DNA of 64,000 nucleotides from a bacterium (GTDB lineage: Bacteria > Zhuqueibacterota > Zhuqueibacteria > Residuimicrobiales > Krinioviventaceae). The DNA lies in NCBI GenBank assembly GCA_963675755.2, contig CAXXMD010000003.1, positions 2,112,001 through 2,176,000 on the forward strand, written 5' to 3'. Below the pieces are notes generated by a model that had not been told where the DNA came from, did not search any database, and worked only from the letters and a program-made list of their open reading frames with translations. The translations under genes and the position numbers were made by a program. Within the stretch, counting starts at the first letter, position 1. The number at the start of each line of letters is the position of its first letter. Of the stretch, positions 30,656 through 39,585 are shown piece after piece.

Positions 30656-31738
30656 TCAATTTACAGGTTTATTGATAATGCCGCCACCATAGAGTTGGTC
30701 ATTAATGTAAAGGACTACAGACTGCCCCGGTGTTACCGATGCGCGGGGCTGCTCAAATTGTATTTCAAAGCTTTCAGCATTGCAATTGATAATTGTTGCC
30801 GGAAATCCGGGATCGTTATAGCGAATATGGGCAATCACCTGGGTGCCGGGCTCGGGAGTTTTGACACTGATCCAGTTTGCATCTGTAGCAGTCAGACCGG
30901 CGGACAGCAGGTCTTTTTTATCGCCAACACGAATAGTATTGTTTTCAGCGTTAATTTCAGTCACATAGATTGGGCGTCCAACGGCTATGCCTAACCCTTT
31001 ACGTTGCCCGATAGTATAAAAAGGATAGCCTTTGTGTTGGCCCAGCACATTATTGTCCATATCTAAAATATTACCTTCAGAAATGGTACGTCCCTTTGCA
31101 GCCAGCTCTTCATTTAAGAATCGTTTGTAATCATCATCTTCAATAAAGCAGATTTCCTGACTTTCCTGTTTATCAGAGATGACCAGGCCGGCTTTTGCGG
31201 CAAGTTCACGAACCTCTGGTTTTGTTAAGCCACTCAAAGGGAATCGGGTGTTTTTAAGCTGCTCCTGTGACAATGCCCAAAGCGCATAAGACTGGTCTTT
31301 GTGTTGATGTGCTGCTTTGGAAAGAATGTATCTTTTGTTATCGGGATTAAACGTAATGCGGCAATAATGTCCTGTGGCAAAAGCGTCTGCACCCAATTCC
31401 AGTGATTTTTCTAAAATATGGCCCCATTTGATGCGGGGATTACAACGCACGCAGGGATTGGGGGTTCTTCCTGCCATATATTCATTGATAAAATCATCGA
31501 TAACATTTTGTCTGAATTCTTTTTTTATTTCAATGACATGGTGGTCTAAACCCAGGGTGTGACACACTTTTTGTGCATCCTCAACAGCTTGCTTGTCGCG
31601 ATGACATTGAGAATCGTAATGGACCATGGTGATGCCAAAAACGGAATGGCCCTGTTCGCTCAAGAGCACTGCCGCTACCGAGCTGTCAACGCCACCGCTC
31701 ATTGCAATGGCAATTTTTTCTTTTTTTGAATTATTCAT
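30656..31738 (-). CDS. mnmA: tRNA-specific 2-thiouridylase
   Basis: AMSGGVDSS, TPNPCVRCN, ATGHY, KDQSY, ESQEICF, TIGQRKG and TPGQ motifs. Confidence 0.97.
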   Translation of the reverse strand: MNNSKKEKIAIAMSGGVDSSVAAVLLSEQGHSVFGITMVHYDSQCHRDKQAVEDAQKVCHTLGLDHHVIEIKKEFRQNVIDDFINEYMAGRTPNPCVRCNPRIKWGHILEKSLELGADAFATGHYCRITFNPDNKRYILSKAAHQHKDQSYALWALSQEQLKNTRFPLSGLTKPEVRELAAKAGLVISDKQESQEICFIEDDDYKRFLNEELAAKGRTISEGNILDMDNNVLGQHKGYPFYTIGQRKGLGIAVGRPIYVTEINAENNTIRVGDKKDLLSAGLTATDANWISVKTPEPGTQVIAHIRYNDPGFPATIINCNAESFEIQFEQPRASVTPGQSVVLYINDQLYGGGIINKPVN

Positions 31739-31739
31739 A

Positions 31740-33212
31740 TTATACTGCTTCTTGTGATTCTGCAATATTTAATGTAAAACTAAAGGTAGATCCTTTTTCT
31801 TCCACACTGGTGACTTTGATAACACTTGAATGTGCCTCAACAATATGCTTAACAATTGCCAGTCCTAAACCCGTACCACCCACATCACGAGATCTTTCCT
31901 TATCTACCCGATAAAATCGTTCAAATATTCTGGATAAATGTTCCTGCGCAATACCGCGCCCAGTATCAGAAACGAATATTTTTACCTTGTCATCCTGAAC
32001 TGTATAGCCCACATTAACCTGGCCATTTTCGAGATTGTATTTAATAGCATTTTCCGTCAGATTGGTTACAACCTGTTTGAGTCGGGTTTTATCTCCCATA
32101 ACAAAAACAGGTTCTTGAGTGCTTTTCAGGAATATCAATGTTACATTACTGTCTTTTGCTGTTTCCTGAAGGTCTTTGACAATTTTTTTAAGCCATTTTC
32201 TTACATCAAAAGCTTCAAAACTCATTTTCATCTCACCGGATTCGATGCGTGAGATTTCAATTAAATCGGTTAAAAGATTGTTGAGTCGAACCGCCTGCCG
32301 ATAGGTTTTTTTGATGAATTTTCGCTGTACTTTGGGATCAAAGTTTTTTGTGGCCATCAAGGTTTCCAAATAGCCCTGAACCGCAAAAATAGGAGTACGC
32401 AATTCGTGAGATACATTACCAAGAAACTGACTACGCATTCTTTCAAGCTTGCGGAGGTAGATCAGGTCTTCCTGAAGTTTTTCCAGCATTTCGTTTAATA
32501 ATCCCGCAAGATCACCAATTTCATCATTCGAAGTGTGCTCAAACCTTGCCTCCATGTTGCCTTTTTTTATGGATTCAGCGACCTGGGCCATTCTGTGGAT
32601 GGGGTATGTCATTCTGCTGGAAATGTAATAACTTACAATTGCTATAATGAGAAGTGCAATAGCACCACCGACGGTAATTTTCCATCTGAGCGCTTTTAGT
32701 ACATCATCAATCTCTCTGAGTAAAACTGCCAACCGAATATAGTGGATGCGGTTCAAAAAGTTTGATTCACCCTTTTGGTGTGTAAATTCCTGGGAAGTAT
32801 AAAACATGGATTCGTGGATGGTTGCGGAAAGGCGTTTGTCGTATCCGACAATGTGCGCATCCGCCATTTGGATTTCGGGCCGGTTTAAATGGTTTTCAAG
32901 GTTTGAAAGCGAGTCTTGAGATACCTGGGAATCATAAATTACTTTGCCGGAAGAATCTATAAAAGTAATACGTATTCCGGCTTGTTCTGCATAGCCATCA
33001 AGCTTAGAGTACTCTATCGGTCCTTTAACCCCAATATCAGTATTTGCCAAAAGATATTCGAGTTCTTTGAGTTGGGTGCTCATTTGTTCAAGTATCTTGT
33101 GGCGATAATATCTTTGGATTTCAATTGTAGAAATAATACTAGCCGCTACAGTTACAAAAAATAGTAACGACAAGGTAAGATATATTAATTTTCTACGAAG
33201 AGATATATGCAT
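31740..33212 (-). CDS. phoR: PhoR-like sensor histidine kinase
   Basis: Two TM segments, ENHLNRPEI sensor motif, HAMP domain, H-box NVSHELRTP, FERFYRVDKERSRDVGGTGLGLAIVKH. Confidence 0.85.
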   Translation of the reverse strand: MHISLRRKLIYLTLSLLFFVTVAASIISTIEIQRYYRHKILEQMSTQLKELEYLLANTDIGVKGPIEYSKLDGYAEQAGIRITFIDSSGKVIYDSQVSQDSLSNLENHLNRPEIQMADAHIVGYDKRLSATIHESMFYTSQEFTHQKGESNFLNRIHYIRLAVLLREIDDVLKALRWKITVGGAIALLIIAIVSYYISSRMTYPIHRMAQVAESIKKGNMEARFEHTSNDEIGDLAGLLNEMLEKLQEDLIYLRKLERMRSQFLGNVSHELRTPIFAVQGYLETLMATKNFDPKVQRKFIKKTYRQAVRLNNLLTDLIEISRIESGEMKMSFEAFDVRKWLKKIVKDLQETAKDSNVTLIFLKSTQEPVFVMGDKTRLKQVVTNLTENAIKYNLENGQVNVGYTVQDDKVKIFVSDTGRGIAQEHLSRIFERFYRVDKERSRDVGGTGLGLAIVKHIVEAHSSVIKVTSVEEKGSTFSFTLNIAESQEAV

Positions 33213-33225
33213 ATATAATCAAAAT

Positions 33226-33912
33226 TCAGACTTTGAAGCGATAGCCAACACCTTTGATGGTCTCAATCAGGCTCATGTTTTCTGTGCCCAGTTTTTCTCT
33301 GATTTTGCGGATATGTACATCAATGGTCCGATCAATAACTACTACATTTTCATCCCAGATTTCATCAAGAAGGATTTTGCGGGTAATAACCCGTCCGGGA
33401 CGTTTTGCCATATAATAAAGTATATCAAATTCTTTTTTTGTAAGAACTATATCCTGGTTTGAAGATGTCACTTTATAACTTTGCGGGTCGATTACAAGCT
33501 CATCAACGATGATTCGATCATCATTTTCCGGTTGTTTAGTTTTTGAACGTTTTAAAACTTTTTTAATACGCGCTAGCAGTTTTCGAATGCTGATAGGTTT
33601 TACAATATAGTCGTCGGCCCCTAATTCAAGCCCAAGAACTTCATCAATTTCACTGTCTTTGGCGGTAAGATATATTACAGGAATATCCTGTGTTCTGGGA
33701 TCTTTTCGTAGTTCTTTCAAGACCTCCCAACCATCTTTGCCCGGCAGCATTATGTCTAAAATGATCAAATCCGGATTTTCTGCTTTTGTGGATAAAAGTG
33801 CTTGTTCACCATCACTGGCTGTTACTGTATTATAGCCTTCATTTTGTAAATTGAATTCCAACAAGTCAATAATATCTTTTTCATCATCTACTATTAATAT
33901 TTTTTTAGACAT
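33226..33912 (-). CDS. phoB: PhoB/PhoP-type OmpR-family response regulator
   Basis: Receiver domain (IVDDE, ILDIML, GADDYIVKP) plus winged helix (RTIDVHIRKIREKLG); divergent from a phosphate transporter. Confidence 0.85.
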   Translation of the reverse strand: MSKKILIVDDEKDIIDLLEFNLQNEGYNTVTASDGEQALLSTKAENPDLIILDIMLPGKDGWEVLKELRKDPRTQDIPVIYLTAKDSEIDEVLGLELGADDYIVKPISIRKLLARIKKVLKRSKTKQPENDDRIIVDELVIDPQSYKVTSSNQDIVLTKKEFDILYYMAKRPGRVITRKILLDEIWDENVVVIDRTIDVHIRKIREKLGTENMSLIETIKGVGYRFKV

Positions 33913-33990
33913 ATTTTCTATCTTTATATTATGAATATATACAATGACTAAAATTACATTTTAATATTCATTAAATCAAGTGTAAATGTC

Positions 33991-34029
33991 TTTAAATTCC
34001 CTTTACATTATCTTAACATTAACTTAACA
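33991..34029 (+). promoter_or_regulatory. Pho box array
   Basis: TTTAAA/TTTACA/TTAACA/TTAACA at 33991, 34002, 34013 and 34024 (exact 11-bp period), between phoB and the PiT gene. Confidence 0.8.
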
Positions 34030-34199
34030 TTGGAAGAAAAAAAATGAATATTTTCAATAAATCAGGGCTTTTAAGAGAGTTTTGCTTTTTTTTTAATTGT
34101 TTTAAAGGTTATATTTTAATAAATTTTTTAACATGGTTTAGTATGATCTAAATCAATTCAAATATAGCAAGTTATCGTTTTGAAAAAGCGAGAGAATGT

Positions 34200-36422
34200 A
34201 TGGAATTGTATTTATTTGTTGTGATTGTATTGTTCGGGTTAGCTTTATCCGATTTGATGGTAGGTGTAAGTAATGATGCCGTAAATTTTATGAATTCTGC
34301 GGTAGGCTCCAAGGCTGCTCCCCGTTGGGTTATTGTATTGATTGCCAGTTTTGGTATTCTTATTGGGGTAATGTTTTCAAGTGGAATGATGGAGGTTGCC
34401 AGAAAAGGTATCTTTCATCCTGAATATTTTACAATGCCCGAATTGCTGTATATTTTTATTGCGGTAATGATTACAGAAGTTATTTTGCTGGATCTGTTTA
34501 ATACCTTTGGTTTACCAACTTCAACAACCGTATCTATTGTGTTTGAGTTGTTGGGAGCTGCTGTTGCTATTTCTTTGATTAAAGTAACGCTGTCTGGTGA
34601 AGGTATTGAAGCGCTTGCTAATTATATCAATACAGCAAAAGCACTAATGATTATAACGGGTATTTTATTGTCTATTGTTATTGCATTTTCTGTGGGTATG
34701 ATTGTACAGTTTATTACGCGTTTGATTTTTACTTTTGATTTTGAAAAGCGTTTAAAACGATATGGTGCGTTTTGGGGTGGCGTTGCGTTATCTGCAATTA
34801 CATATTTTATTTTGATTAAAGGTGCTAAAGGTGCTTCCTTTATCAGTGCAGAAATGCTAACCTGGATTAAAACCCATACGTTGATTATTTTAGGTTCAAG
34901 CTTTGTGGTATGGTCTGTTATCTTTTTGTTTATCATAGTATTTACCCGTATTAATATCCTTAAAATTATTATTCTGATGGGCACCTTTGCTCTTGCAATG
35001 GCTTTTGCTGCTAATGATCTTGTAAATTTTATTGGTGTTCCGTTGGCTGGTTTTAGTGCATATAAACATGGTATGGCAGAGGCAAATCCATTAACCGCCA
35101 GCATGGAGGCATTGTCTGGGCCGGTTCAAACTGAAACCTGGATGCTGTTGATTGCCGGTACTGTCATGGTAGCTACATTATGGATTTCAAAAAAGGCGAG
35201 AACTGTCAGCAAAACCGAGTTGGGACTTGCACGCCAGGATGAGGGTGATGAAAGATTTGAACCTTCAGGCTTTTCACGCATGATCTTGCGTATGTTTATT
35301 TCTCAAGGACAGGTTGTTGGAAGAGTGATACCCGCTTCAGTAAAAAATTATGTAGATAACCGTTTTCAACGTGTTAAAACCGTTAATAAAAAAGATAAAG
35401 AAACTGCCAACTGGGATTTGTTACGTGCCTCAGTTAACTTGATGGTTGCCAGTATGTTGATCTCACTGGGCACCTCTTTGAAATTACCGCTCTCAACAAC
35501 ATATGTTACCTTTATGGTGGCGATGGGTACATCGTTATCAGACCGTGCCTGGGGACGCGATAGTGCTGTATATCGTATTTCGGGCGTGTTGACAGTAATT
35601 GGTGGATGGTTTTTAACAGCATTGGTTGCATCTACAGTTGCAATGTTGTTTGCTTCTTTAATCTATTTTTTCCCATGGCCGGCAACTATTCTATTGACTT
35701 TGTTAGTGGCATTTGTACTTTTCCGTACACAAATTTACCATACAAAAAAAGAAAAAGAAGAATCAGAAGATATAGAACTGGATGTGTTGGATTCTCCGCC
35801 GCTGCAGGAATTTAACAAATTAACTAAAAAATTAGATAAATATTTTAACAAGATTGAGAATAATCTTGAATTGGTTTATAATGGCATTTCTAAACAAAAC
35901 CGCAATAAATTAAAAGATGCAAAATCCAATTCGAAAAAGATTTGCAAAACCTCAAACAAGTTATTAACCCGTGTGTTGAACATTATGCAAATGCCCGACT
36001 CTGATGTAATTGATGTTGATCCCATTATTTTCAGTGGCATTACTGAGAGCAGCCAGAAAATGAAAGAACTATCTGAAATTTGTTTAACTTATGTTGAAAA
36101 TCAGCATATTGGTCTTTTAGATGAACAAAAAGAAGAATTGGCTACTCTGAAAAAACAGGTATCTAAATTTTTTAAACGTTCCGCTGAATATTTAAAAGAT
36201 GATGATCTGACGGTTGATGAATGTCTGGAAAGTGGAGAAAAGATTAGAATGACCATTCAGGAATTGAACCGCAACCATTTAAAGCGGGTTAGAGAGGGTA
36301 ATTATCGTACTCGTCAAAGCCTGTTATATTTGGATATTTTGAACCATACTGAAGCAATAACTTCGCAAACAACACAATTGCTTGCCGGTATAGCCAACAC
36401 GGAAATACCTGATCCCAGTTAA
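34200..36422 (+). CDS. Inorganic phosphate transporter (PiT family) with C-terminal PhoU-like helical domain
   Basis: GVSNDAVNF, GLPTSTT, AANDLVNF and LPLSTTY PiT signatures; soluble helical C-terminus. Confidence 0.9.
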   Translation: MELYLFVVIVLFGLALSDLMVGVSNDAVNFMNSAVGSKAAPRWVIVLIASFGILIGVMFSSGMMEVARKGIFHPEYFTMPELLYIFIAVMITEVILLDLFNTFGLPTSTTVSIVFELLGAAVAISLIKVTLSGEGIEALANYINTAKALMIITGILLSIVIAFSVGMIVQFITRLIFTFDFEKRLKRYGAFWGGVALSAITYFILIKGAKGASFISAEMLTWIKTHTLIILGSSFVVWSVIFLFIIVFTRINILKIIILMGTFALAMAFAANDLVNFIGVPLAGFSAYKHGMAEANPLTASMEALSGPVQTETWMLLIAGTVMVATLWISKKARTVSKTELGLARQDEGDERFEPSGFSRMILRMFISQGQVVGRVIPASVKNYVDNRFQRVKTVNKKDKETANWDLLRASVNLMVASMLISLGTSLKLPLSTTYVTFMVAMGTSLSDRAWGRDSAVYRISGVLTVIGGWFLTALVASTVAMLFASLIYFFPWPATILLTLLVAFVLFRTQIYHTKKEKEESEDIELDVLDSPPLQEFNKLTKKLDKYFNKIENNLELVYNGISKQNRNKLKDAKSNSKKICKTSNKLLTRVLNIMQMPDSDVIDVDPIIFSGITESSQKMKELSEICLTYVENQHIGLLDEQKEELATLKKQVSKFFKRSAEYLKDDDLTVDECLESGEKIRMTIQELNRNHLKRVREGNYRTRQSLLYLDILNHTEAITSQTTQLLAGIANTEIPDPS

Positions 36423-36439
36423 TTTTCGTTTTGAATATG

Positions 36440-36478
36440 AAAAAAGCGTCTGTATTTATATACAGACGCTTTTTTTTT
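36440..36478 (+). terminator. Intrinsic terminator after the PiT gene
   Basis: AAAAAAGCGTCTGTAT/ATACAGACGCTTTTTT stem plus T-run. Confidence 0.9.
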
Positions 36479-36502
36479 GCCTATTTACTGTAATTTTCCC
36501 TC

Positions 36503-36541
36503 TTTACAATTTCTTAACATTGGCTTTATAGCCTGCTAACG
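36503..36541 (+). promoter_or_regulatory. Pho box array
   Basis: TTTACA/TTAACA/TTTATA/CTAACG at 36503, 36514, 36525 and 36536 (11-bp period), upstream of the TonB receptor. Confidence 0.75.
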
Positions 36542-36601
36542 TGCTAAAAGTATATTTGTCTGTAATAAATTGGCAGAAACTTGAATCATTGAGGTATTTA
36601 A

Positions 36602-39502
36602 ATGTTAAGAAAAAGTCTAATTTTATCCGCTTTGCTGCTTTTTATGTTGAGCTATACCAGTGTGGTATTTTCTCAGGGCAATGGAACCATTACAGGTAAA
36701 GTGGTAGACAAGGAAACAGGTACTCCATTGCCGGGTGTGAATGTTGTCATTGAGGGAACTCGCAGAGGTTCTGCGACTGACCTTGAAGGGGTTTATCGAA
36801 TCAAAGGATTGCCAGCCGGCACGTACTCTCTGGTTTCAACTTATATCGGATATTCAAATTTTAGAATTGAAGGTGTTGAAGTTAAAGAAGGTCAGGTTGA
36901 AAAGCTTGATTTTGCAATGGGTATGGAAGTGCTTGAAGGTCAGGAAGTGGTTGTTACCGCAAAAGCAGTAAAAAATACTGAAGCGGTACTGCTCAAAGAT
37001 CGTCAAAAGGCAACATCAGTAAGCGATGCGATCAGTGCAGAGGCTATTACACAGGCTGGAGCTGGTGACGCAGCCGAGGCAATGAAAGGTGTTACCGGAG
37101 CTTCTGTTGTAGGTGGTAAAAAAGTATTTGTCCGTGGTTTAGGAGATCGATATACCAGTACCCAGTTGAATGGAGCCGAACTTCCCAGTTCAGATCCATA
37201 TGCACGTTCAGGTTCAATTGATCTTATTCCTTCGGGCTTGATTGATAATATTGTTACGGTAAAAAGTTTTACTCCGGATAAGGCAGGTGATTTTTCCGGT
37301 GGAACCGTTGATATTAAAACCAAAGATTTTCCCGAACAGCTTACCTTGAATTTTTCAGCCAGCACATCATATAATACCCAGGCAACATTTAATGATAATG
37401 CTTTGCGCGTAACAGATGCCGGAAACTTGCGATGGTTGGGTTTTGATAATGGTTCTCTTTCATTACCCGATATTGTTGGTGATGATTTGTTGACTTTTGA
37501 GGGAAATCCCAGAACCAATTCTGAACTGGCTCAATTTCAGGATGTTATTGTAAAATCCTTTAATCACAATATGATGCCAAACACAGCTACGTTGCCAATG
37601 GCCCAGAGCTATTCATTCTCTGCGGGTAATCAGTTTGGATTGTTCGGCAAGCCTTTTGGTTATTTGGGTAGTTTGACATATAGCCGTTCTTATAAAAATT
37701 ATGATGATGGTGAATATAATCGCTGGGGTTTGGATGTTCTTGATCCTTCCAAAGCATCGGGTTTGGATATGTGGTATGATTTGAATGATCATAAGACCAC
37801 TGACGATGTACTTTGGGGTGCTACTCTGAAAACATCATACAAACCAACATCTCGTGATTTGATCAGTGTGACCGGGTTGTATAATCAGAACGCCGTGGCA
37901 ACTTCAAGAATATTCTCGGGTGTATTTCCCTATGATTATGCAGAAGATGACACTTATATAGCCACCGCTCAACAATATAATGAACGCAGTTTAAGATCTG
38001 TTCATATAGATGGAAGCCATCAACTCGACGCGCTTTGGGGCATTAAAGCGGATTGGAAAATTGCCACCTCTCGCACCACCCAGGATGAACCTGATACCCG
38101 TTATCTGAATTTTTATCAAAACGCAAATGGTTTGATTGGTATTCGCTCCAATACGGCACAGGAACGTTATTATAGAAATCTTGAAGAAGACCGGAATGAT
38201 TACAAATTAGATTTTACGGTACCTATGAACTTTGCATTTATGCGCACCGGGTCTTTCAAATTTGGTTATAGTTATTCTACACGTCAGCGTGATTTCCTGG
38301 AAAGACGGTTTGTTTATGATCCTAATAGTGATCTTCAGGACCAGTTTAGAATTAATCCGGATGATCTGAATTCGACATTAACCTCTGATGTATTGGGTCT
38401 GATTGGTCAGGAAACCAGAACTTTGCCCAATGGTGAAGTGAGAACTTATAACACTATGGGTATTATTCTTGAGGAAACAGCACAGCAATCCAGCAATTAT
38501 GATGCAGAACAGGTTGTTGATGCAACTTATGCCATGGTTGATGTACCGGTTACCCGAAAATTACGTTTTATTGGCGGCGCGCGTTACGAGTCAACAGACA
38601 TGTCTGTAAACAGTCTTGATCCGGATCCGCAATACAGTGGTGCTATTGAAACTCATGATCTGCTGCCATCTGTTAATTTTGTTTACAGTTTGAGTGAAAA
38701 TATGAATGCCAGGGTCGCTTATGGTCGCACCCTTGCAAGACCTTCATTCCGTGAAATATCCGGATTTGCTTCTTATGATTTTAAAGAAGGTGACAAGTTT
38801 AGAGGATATTCAAATTTAAAACGAACACTGATTGATAATTTTGATCTTCGCTGGGAATGGTTCAGCCGCCCGGGTGAGATTTATGCGATTAGTGCATTTT
38901 ACAAAGATTTTACGGATCCAATCGTTCAGGTACTGTTAAAAGGTGGAAACAGTTGGTTCAGTTGGAGAAATGTTGCAGAAGCTACAACCTATGGTGTTGA
39001 ATTTGAAATGCGCAAGAAACTGGATGTTCTTCACCATTCATTGAACAATTTTACCTTTAGCGGTAACTTGTCATTAATTGAATCTGAAATACAATATACC
39101 AATAAAGACCTTTTGGACGAATATCAACAGCAGAGTGATACCAGCGCGGTTGTCAACTATACACGTCCATTTCAGGGGCAGTCACCTTATTTGTTGAACC
39201 TGAGTCTGGCGTATGATAATTATGACCGTGGCTTAAATGCCAGCTTGTACTTTAATATTTTTGGTCAACGTTTGTCGTCAATTGGTGAATACCCTACACC
39301 AGATATTTATGAACAACCTGCAACTATATTGAATTTTTCAATAACAAAGAAATTGATAAACCACATGTCGGTAAAGCTCGCGGTGAACAATATTTTGGAT
39401 ACCTATGAGAAAAGAACCTACGAGTTTAAAGATACTGAATATATCTATCAGAGATTTCAGACCGGCAGAACCATCTCTATGGGATTTAAATACAATTTAT
39501 AA
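36602..39502 (+). CDS. TonB-dependent receptor
   Basis: Carboxypeptidase-regulatory-like domain (ITGKVVDKETG.PLPGVNV), plug FVRGLGDRY..TQLNG, KSFTPD..GDFSGG, barrel ending FKYNL. Confidence 0.93.
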   Translation: MLRKSLILSALLLFMLSYTSVVFSQGNGTITGKVVDKETGTPLPGVNVVIEGTRRGSATDLEGVYRIKGLPAGTYSLVSTYIGYSNFRIEGVEVKEGQVEKLDFAMGMEVLEGQEVVVTAKAVKNTEAVLLKDRQKATSVSDAISAEAITQAGAGDAAEAMKGVTGASVVGGKKVFVRGLGDRYTSTQLNGAELPSSDPYARSGSIDLIPSGLIDNIVTVKSFTPDKAGDFSGGTVDIKTKDFPEQLTLNFSASTSYNTQATFNDNALRVTDAGNLRWLGFDNGSLSLPDIVGDDLLTFEGNPRTNSELAQFQDVIVKSFNHNMMPNTATLPMAQSYSFSAGNQFGLFGKPFGYLGSLTYSRSYKNYDDGEYNRWGLDVLDPSKASGLDMWYDLNDHKTTDDVLWGATLKTSYKPTSRDLISVTGLYNQNAVATSRIFSGVFPYDYAEDDTYIATAQQYNERSLRSVHIDGSHQLDALWGIKADWKIATSRTTQDEPDTRYLNFYQNANGLIGIRSNTAQERYYRNLEEDRNDYKLDFTVPMNFAFMRTGSFKFGYSYSTRQRDFLERRFVYDPNSDLQDQFRINPDDLNSTLTSDVLGLIGQETRTLPNGEVRTYNTMGIILEETAQQSSNYDAEQVVDATYAMVDVPVTRKLRFIGGARYESTDMSVNSLDPDPQYSGAIETHDLLPSVNFVYSLSENMNARVAYGRTLARPSFREISGFASYDFKEGDKFRGYSNLKRTLIDNFDLRWEWFSRPGEIYAISAFYKDFTDPIVQVLLKGGNSWFSWRNVAEATTYGVEFEMRKKLDVLHHSLNNFTFSGNLSLIESEIQYTNKDLLDEYQQQSDTSAVVNYTRPFQGQSPYLLNLSLAYDNYDRGLNASLYFNIFGQRLSSIGEYPTPDIYEQPATILNFSITKKLINHMSVKLAVNNILDTYEKRTYEFKDTEYIYQRFQTGRTISMGFKYNL

Positions 39503-39585
39503 TCTCAGGAGATGAATGATACAGGCTTTAATTCATTGTATATAAAGCTTAATTAAATAACACAATTAAAAAAGGAGTTGTTCTG